From Bacteriovoracia bacterium (GTDB lineage Bacteria > Bdellovibrionota > UBA1018 > CAIPTA01): DNA of 64,000 nt. Shown piece by piece: positions 59,301-64,000 of the stretch (the stretch's first letter is position 1; each line of letters begins with the position of its first letter). Where the stretch lies: assembly GCA_050246755.1 (NCBI GenBank), contig JBFWVL010000001.1, positions 64,001 through 128,000 on the forward strand, read 5' to 3'. Below the pieces are notes generated by a model. It was not told where the DNA came from. It searched no databases and saw only the letters and a list, made by a program, of their open reading frames with translations. A program made the position numbers and the translations under genes.

Positions 59301-59801
59301 ATGAAATACTTATTTGCCCTTTTCCTTCTCTCGGCTTGCGCCACTGCCGCTCCCAAATCTTCGGTTCACTCCGCCACGGAAAAAAAAGAAGAGGATGCGC
59401 CCGCTCTCTCTCACCGCGGCGGCTCTCCGCTCAAGGAGTTCACCTTCAGTAAGGAAAACGCGGAGAAGCTCTATGGTGCGCTGAAAGAAATTGGCGTGCG
59501 CCCCATTCGCGATGGCTCCGTTACCTACCTCACCGCCCACGATCTTTCCTGCACGCTCGTGCCCACCCAAAACGACGCCGCCACGGAATGCGAATATTGG
59601 GACGGTGCCCCTGGCGCGAAAAGCCGCAAGCAGCATTTGGTAAAAAACAAAAAAGGCCTCGAAAACCTGCGCCTCTTCCTCAGCGAGTACCCCGTGGAGC
59701 AAGGCGATACCGGCGCCGTGGTGCGCTTCGCCCAATGCCGGGTATACCGAGAGAGCCTGGACTGCTTTCTAGCGATTCATATGAACTATGAGGGGCCGTA
59801 A
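59301..59801 (+). CDS. Hypothetical lipoprotein
   Basis: MKYLFALFLLSAC lipobox; four further Cys. Confidence 0.75.
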   Translation: MKYLFALFLLSACATAAPKSSVHSATEKKEEDAPALSHRGGSPLKEFTFSKENAEKLYGALKEIGVRPIRDGSVTYLTAHDLSCTLVPTQNDAATECEYWDGAPGAKSRKQHLVKNKKGLENLRLFLSEYPVEQGDTGAVVRFAQCRVYRESLDCFLAIHMNYEGP

Positions 59802-59875
59802 GAATTCCCCTCAAATCCCATCACGGCCTCCAGGGCGTTCGGCATATCATTCCTCAGTAAACGGCAGAAAAAACA

Positions 59876-59904
59876 AAAGCCAGAACCTCTCGGTTCCGGC
59901 TTTC
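59876..59904. terminator. Probable bidirectional terminator
   Basis: AAAGCCAGAACC-tctc-GGTTCCGGCTTT between convergent genes. Confidence 0.6.
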
Positions 59905-59941
59905 CTATTTGGCCGGTGTTTTAACGAAATAGCCGAAGAGC

Positions 59942-60250
59942 CTATTTTTTCTTTACGCTTTTTACCACGCAGGTATCTTCCGTGCCTTTTGCGGTAACGG
60001 TAAAAAACTCCGCCGGATACTCTTGGGAACTGGCTCCGTCACTATATTGGGCAAATACTTCTACTTCGTAGCGAAGAGTATTTCCGCGAGCGCTAACCAA
60101 AACGGCATTGACCATTTCCAAGCTGCTGGTATCGACCGTTACGAACTCAAACGCCGCTTTGCTCACCGTTTCTTCACAAGTAGCCGCAGCTGCAGTTTGC
60201 GCTGCAAAGCCAGAAGCAATAAATAAGGTTAGTACGATTAAATTTTTCAT
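59942..60250 (-). CDS. Small hypothetical secreted protein
   Basis: GGAGA RBS; signal peptide; N- and C-terminal Cys pair. Confidence 0.72.
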   Translation of the reverse strand: MKNLIVLTLFIASGFAAQTAAAATCEETVSKAAFEFVTVDTSSLEMVNAVLVSARGNTLRYEVEVFAQYSDGASSQEYPAEFFTVTAKGTEDTCVVKSVKKK

Positions 60251-60366
60251 ATTTGTCTCCAAAAAAATTATAGAAATCGCTTATATTGCATTGCGCCAAA
60301 ATAACAAAGAATATTTTTATTAGGATTCGATGAAGGTTTAGCGCCTAGCTCACAATCGTCAGGGCC

Positions 60367-61611
60367 TTAGCGCAAGATTCCGGCGAGGGTTTTCTTAAAA
60401 CTCGCCGTCCAGTAATTCCCGCAGTGGCCACCGGCCTCGAACACGTGCAGGCGGGAGCCGAGCGTCTCTTCCAGGCTCGCCAGATCGCGGGGGCGCAAAA
60501 GAAAATCATCCACGCTGGTGATCACGTGGATCTTGGAATTGCGCGTATTCTTCAAGGCGCGATTCAGGCCGGCCCCCTGAATAAGCGCGGAGAAATTCGT
60601 GGAGGTTCTGCCGCGCCCGTCTAACGCAGCTCCCGCGTAGACTATATATTTTTCAAACGTGACGGAACGGAGAGAAGCTTCCACTCTCCCCCGCCGCTCT
60701 CCGCTGAAAAAATCCGGATAAGCCGCAAATAGCCCTCTGGTAATTGCCTTCAGCGACTGCTGAAAACTTTCGCCAATTACCTTTTGCCCCTTTTCCTCTT
60801 CAGCGGGCAAAAACATGCGGATCGCCTCCACGCCTTCGCGCGAAATCCCTTCCTGCGCCTGCAGGTAAGCCCAGATCAATTCGAAGTGAAGGTCCGGTAC
60901 CGAATCGGCGTTCCGCAGAGAAAGCCGGATCATGTCGTCGAGCCGGTCCATCGCGTAGTTCAAGCTCACGGGAGGATTCAAGGCGATCAACTTATCGAAG
61001 GGCAATGCGGGAGATTGGCCATTTTCGAGAATCGCATACAGCCCGCCGAGCGAAGAGCCCATCAAGAAGAGTTTTCGTGGCTGACCGCGGTTGTGCCGAT
61101 ACAATTCCACGGCGGCTTCGAACATGCGATGGGCATCCACCGCATCTTTTTGCGGCAAGCCGACCAAACCGTCGGCGGAAAAGGATTTTTGGAATTCGGG
61201 GCTGAAAGGATTGGCCAGAACCAGAGAATCGTAACCGAGGCTGGCCACCAATTCGGCGAGCACGTTCGAAATTCCCGACGAAGCCCCGCCGCCCGTGCCC
61301 GGCAAAATCAGGAATAGGCCCTTCGTGTTTGGCTGCGCAGATTTCCAAAAACGGATCGGCAGCTCTTTCCGGGAATTTGGCACAGGCAGCAAGAGATCGA
61401 CGCCGAGGTCCTTACTGGGCTGGCCGATTCCCGCGAGCACGGTGGACTGGAACCAGCTCCAGCCCTTCATCTCGGAGGGCAGAAGGGTATAGGCACGCGC
61501 CGAGGGAGAGAGGACGCAAAGCAGGAGGACGATCCGTCCCCAGCCCTTCAGCCACTTACCCTTCCTATTTCGCATGGGGCTCGAAGTATCGAATGGGGAG
61601 GAGAAGGTCAA
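60367..61611 (-). CDS. Secreted alpha/beta hydrolase (start probably nearer 61575)
   Basis: LPGTGG oxyanion loop, GSSLGG nucleophile elbow, DDFL Asp and GGHCG His. Confidence 0.85.
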   Translation of the reverse strand: MTFSSPFDTSSPMRNRKGKWLKGWGRIVLLLCVLSPSARAYTLLPSEMKGWSWFQSTVLAGIGQPSKDLGVDLLLPVPNSRKELPIRFWKSAQPNTKGLFLILPGTGGGASSGISNVLAELVASLGYDSLVLANPFSPEFQKSFSADGLVGLPQKDAVDAHRMFEAAVELYRHNRGQPRKLFLMGSSLGGLYAILENGQSPALPFDKLIALNPPVSLNYAMDRLDDMIRLSLRNADSVPDLHFELIWAYLQAQEGISREGVEAIRMFLPAEEEKGQKVIGESFQQSLKAITRGLFAAYPDFFSGERRGRVEASLRSVTFEKYIVYAGAALDGRGRTSTNFSALIQGAGLNRALKNTRNSKIHVITSVDDFLLRPRDLASLEETLGSRLHVFEAGGHCGNYWTASFKKTLAGILR

Positions 61612-61651
61612 GGGAAAATTGACTCAACGCATTATCCTGAAGGAAGCCTAA

Positions 61652-61685
61652 TAAAAAAGGGCCAGCGCGGAAGCGCCAGCCCTTT
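61652..61685 (-). terminator. Intrinsic terminator
   Basis: Minus strand AGGGCTGGCGC-ttcc-GCGCTGGCCCT followed by a T run, after the stop at 61702. Confidence 0.65.
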
Positions 61686-61701
61686 GCAGTCTCCGCAAAA
61701 A

Positions 61702-62871
61702 CTATTCTGCGGTGGTAGAAGAACCCTCTTCCTTTGCGGAAGAATCGGATTCGATTTGCTTGTGCCTGGCACGCGCCTTCACGAAGTCCATGGATTCATC
61801 GTCTTTGCCGATTTTAATGCAGCGGCCATAGACCACTTCCTTATTCAGCTTTTTCTCTTCGCCGGCCGGAGTTACTTCCACCTGCATCCACTTTTCGTCG
61901 TCGGAGATAGTGTCCTTGTTGAAAGGACCATACTCGGCAGGAGCCGTTTTGAACTTCCAGCTGCGGCCATCGAACTTCTGGGTGATCTCTCCGCGAACCG
62001 GAATCGTTCCGTCTTTGTATTCGTTCAGGGTCAGGCCCGGCACGAACATCGTGGTCCGGCTAGCCAGCTCTTCGCCGCCGATGCGGTTGAAGTTAAACAG
62101 CAAACCTTTTACGCCGTTTTGCGAGGATTCCGAAACATACCAGCCCGTGCTCTTACGCTGCTGGGTGCTGTATCCGGCGGCAGGAACCGCCACCTGGTAC
62201 TTCGACCAGCACTGCTGGTAAACCGGCGCTTCCCAAATATCTTTCAGGAGAGGCTCGCTGCCCTCGAAGAACAGGCTCACCACGTTTTTGCGGGTATCGT
62301 CGGAGGTAATCGCGTCTCCGCCGGAGCGGCGAAGGGCGTAAACCAATTCGTGGACGATCAGGGCGGCCCGATCCCTGGGGCTGAGCATTTTAAAATATTT
62401 TTTATTTATCTTAATCTTGAGTTTCTTGAAGTACATGGAGCTGAATACGCTCTGGTCTCCGGTCTGCTGGGCGATCTGCACCGCTTTGCAACCCGGCTTC
62501 AAGTCCGGCAAGGTAGCGTCGGAGCTGTACGCCAGATTTTCGTCCACGTACTGCACCTTCTCTTTCAGGAGCGTGCGCAAGGAGTCCATCATGGGCTTGC
62601 CGCCGGCGGGCGTCGGGGCGGCGGCTCTAGATTTCTGCGCGAAAATATCGAGGTAGAATTTTAGGTTTCTCTGAAGCGTGCCTTGGTCCGGCAAGGGCTT
62701 CAAGTTATGCACGTGCTCGCCTTCGTAGAGGTCGAGGGTTTGCAGTTTCCCGTTACAGAGGATGCCTATGCCTCCGCCGGTGCCTACTCCACCTTCAGCG
62801 AAGCAGGAAGTGCTTGCTCCCAATAGGGAGGCAGCCAAGAGCGCTAATTTCATTTTAGGTACGTGCTTCAT
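61702..62871 (-). CDS. Secreted GGG/HE-motif hypothetical protein
   Basis: GGAGA RBS; signal peptide ..SCFA, EGGVGTGGG, INKKYF..LS...RAALIVHELVY. Confidence 0.82.
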   Translation of the reverse strand: MKHVPKMKLALLAASLLGASTSCFAEGGVGTGGGIGILCNGKLQTLDLYEGEHVHNLKPLPDQGTLQRNLKFYLDIFAQKSRAAAPTPAGGKPMMDSLRTLLKEKVQYVDENLAYSSDATLPDLKPGCKAVQIAQQTGDQSVFSSMYFKKLKIKINKKYFKMLSPRDRAALIVHELVYALRRSGGDAITSDDTRKNVVSLFFEGSEPLLKDIWEAPVYQQCWSKYQVAVPAAGYSTQQRKSTGWYVSESSQNGVKGLLFNFNRIGGEELASRTTMFVPGLTLNEYKDGTIPVRGEITQKFDGRSWKFKTAPAEYGPFNKDTISDDEKWMQVEVTPAGEEKKLNKEVVYGRCIKIGKDDESMDFVKARARHKQIESDSSAKEEGSSTTAE

Positions 62872-62991
62872 TTGCAGGTCTCCATTAAATTGTACTTCTA
62901 GATCTAATTTAACGCATGGCAGCAACATCCTCCTTAGCAATTTAGTCTAAAGATCGCGAAAAAAGTGACCGATAGTCATATAATGGAGCAT

Positions 62992-63804
62992 ATGGTGAAT
63001 ATCTATGCCTTTTCTGACTACCGCGCTTTCCTGAAAGCCTGGCTCCAGGAGGCTAAAACCACGAAGACTTCGAACCTCTCGCGGCTCGCGGAGGTGGCTA
63101 AGGTGCACGCCACCTTTCTCTCCCACGTGCTCACCGGCGACAAACACCTCAGCCTCGAACAGGCCGCCTTCCTCAGCGAGTACTTTGGACATACCAGGCT
63201 CGAGCGCGACTACTTCTTCGTGCTCATCCACCTCGACCGCGCGGGCACCCCTATCCTCCGCGAATACTGGGAGGAGAAAAAGCTGCAGCTCGAGAAAGAA
63301 AAAAACAAGCTCAGCGCCCGCTTCGATCCTCACCACGAGCTCACGCCGGAACAAAGGGCCACCTTCTATTCTTCCTGGCTCTACGTGGCCATCTGGGTGA
63401 GCACCGATATCGCCGGCGGCCAAACCCTCCCCCAGATCGCCGCGCGCTTTCGCCTGAAACCCACGAAGGCCGAGGAGATCATGACCTTCCTCGTGCAAAC
63501 GGGGATTTGCGTGGAAGAAAAAGGGAAGTTCCACATGGGAAAAACGCACGTGCATGTGCCCAACGAATCCCCGCTCGTGGTGAAGCACCATTCGAACTGG
63601 CGGATGAAGGCGATGCAGAGAATGGACTTTCGCGAGGAGGCCGAATTATTTTTCACCGCGCCGATGTCGATCTCGAAAAAAGATTTCGCCGCGATCCGGG
63701 AAAAGCTCAACGTGGTGATCAAAGAAGCCGTGGAAGTGGCGAAGGCCTCACGCTCCGAAGATCTCTTCTGCCTGAATATCGATTTCTTCCAATCGGAAGC
63801 GTAG
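62992..63804 (+). CDS. TIGR02147/DUF4423-type HTH regulator-like protein (paralog 3)
   Basis: IYAFSDYRAFL, LAEVAKVHATFLSHVLTG HTH, FYSSWLYVAI, HHSNWR and LFCLNIDFF. Confidence 0.88.
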   Translation: MVNIYAFSDYRAFLKAWLQEAKTTKTSNLSRLAEVAKVHATFLSHVLTGDKHLSLEQAAFLSEYFGHTRLERDYFFVLIHLDRAGTPILREYWEEKKLQLEKEKNKLSARFDPHHELTPEQRATFYSSWLYVAIWVSTDIAGGQTLPQIAARFRLKPTKAEEIMTFLVQTGICVEEKGKFHMGKTHVHVPNESPLVVKHHSNWRMKAMQRMDFREEAELFFTAPMSISKKDFAAIREKLNVVIKEAVEVAKASRSEDLFCLNIDFFQSEA

Positions 63805-63824
63805 CGTTGGACAGGCTGAGGCTC

Positions 63825-64000
63825 CTAAACCCGGAAAAAATCCAAGTTGAACGAATAAAGCTCCTCCTCGCGCGACTCCTTAACGATCGGTTTCACGGTT
63901 TCAATCGACTGGATGAGGATTTCGCGGATGCGGACAACGTCGGAGGCGGCGATCGTTACCACGGAGGAATAATGAAGATCCGTTTCTTCCTCCTTCTCGA
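63825..64000 (-). CDS. 3' end of a fourth TIGR02147/DUF4423-type protein (truncated by the window edge; absent from the ORF track)
   Basis: Manual translation EETDLHYSSVVTIAASDVVRIREILIQSIETVKPIVKESREEELYSFNLDFFRV* matches the C-terminus of paralog 1 (DLHYSVVVSLS..LYSFAMDFF). Confidence 0.85.
   Translation of the reverse strand, partial: EKEEETDLHYSSVVTIAASDVVRIREILIQSIETVKPIVKESREEELYSFNLDFFRV

Noticed and set aside
1-64000. CRISPR arrays, tRNA/rRNA genes, transposases, integrases, prophage genes
   Set aside because: None recognised by eye; intergenic gaps are short and lack regularly spaced repeats or cloverleaf motifs. Dedicated scans were not run.

Overview
A 64-kb stretch of GC-rich bacterial chromosome, probably Bdellovibrionota/Oligoflexia-like. 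That assignment is inferred from multiple TIGR02147-type paralogs, a DUF222-like/HNH gene, a Hanks kinase and many orphan secreted proteins. The housekeeping backbone is thyA-folA, fumC, clpS-clpA, a complete Rrf2-sufCDSUTB operon, pdxH, purB, waaA plus a GT9 gene, potABCD, ino1, and nnr-tsaE / Rrf2-iscS-mnmA-mtaB-mlaC-tolC. The accessory content includes: (1) four TIGR02147/DUF4423-type HTH regulators, three of them next to a secreted protein with signal peptide, GGG motif, a shared HE-motif domain and a divergent C-terminal half, two of which also share a C-terminal tail motif; (2) an unannotated ~75-nt hairpin RNA with a C-rich loop, positioned behind a sigma-54-type promoter; (3) a 35-aa membrane peptide behind a sigma-54-type promoter, missed by the ORF track; (4) an operon of a large lipoprotein, a FadL-like barrel and two paralogous secreted proteins; (5) a fungal-type secreted glucoamylase; (6) a secreted Cys/His papain-like candidate wall hydrolase. 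I saw no rRNA, tRNA, CRISPR array or transposase. All family calls come from motif recognition by eye, without database searches.
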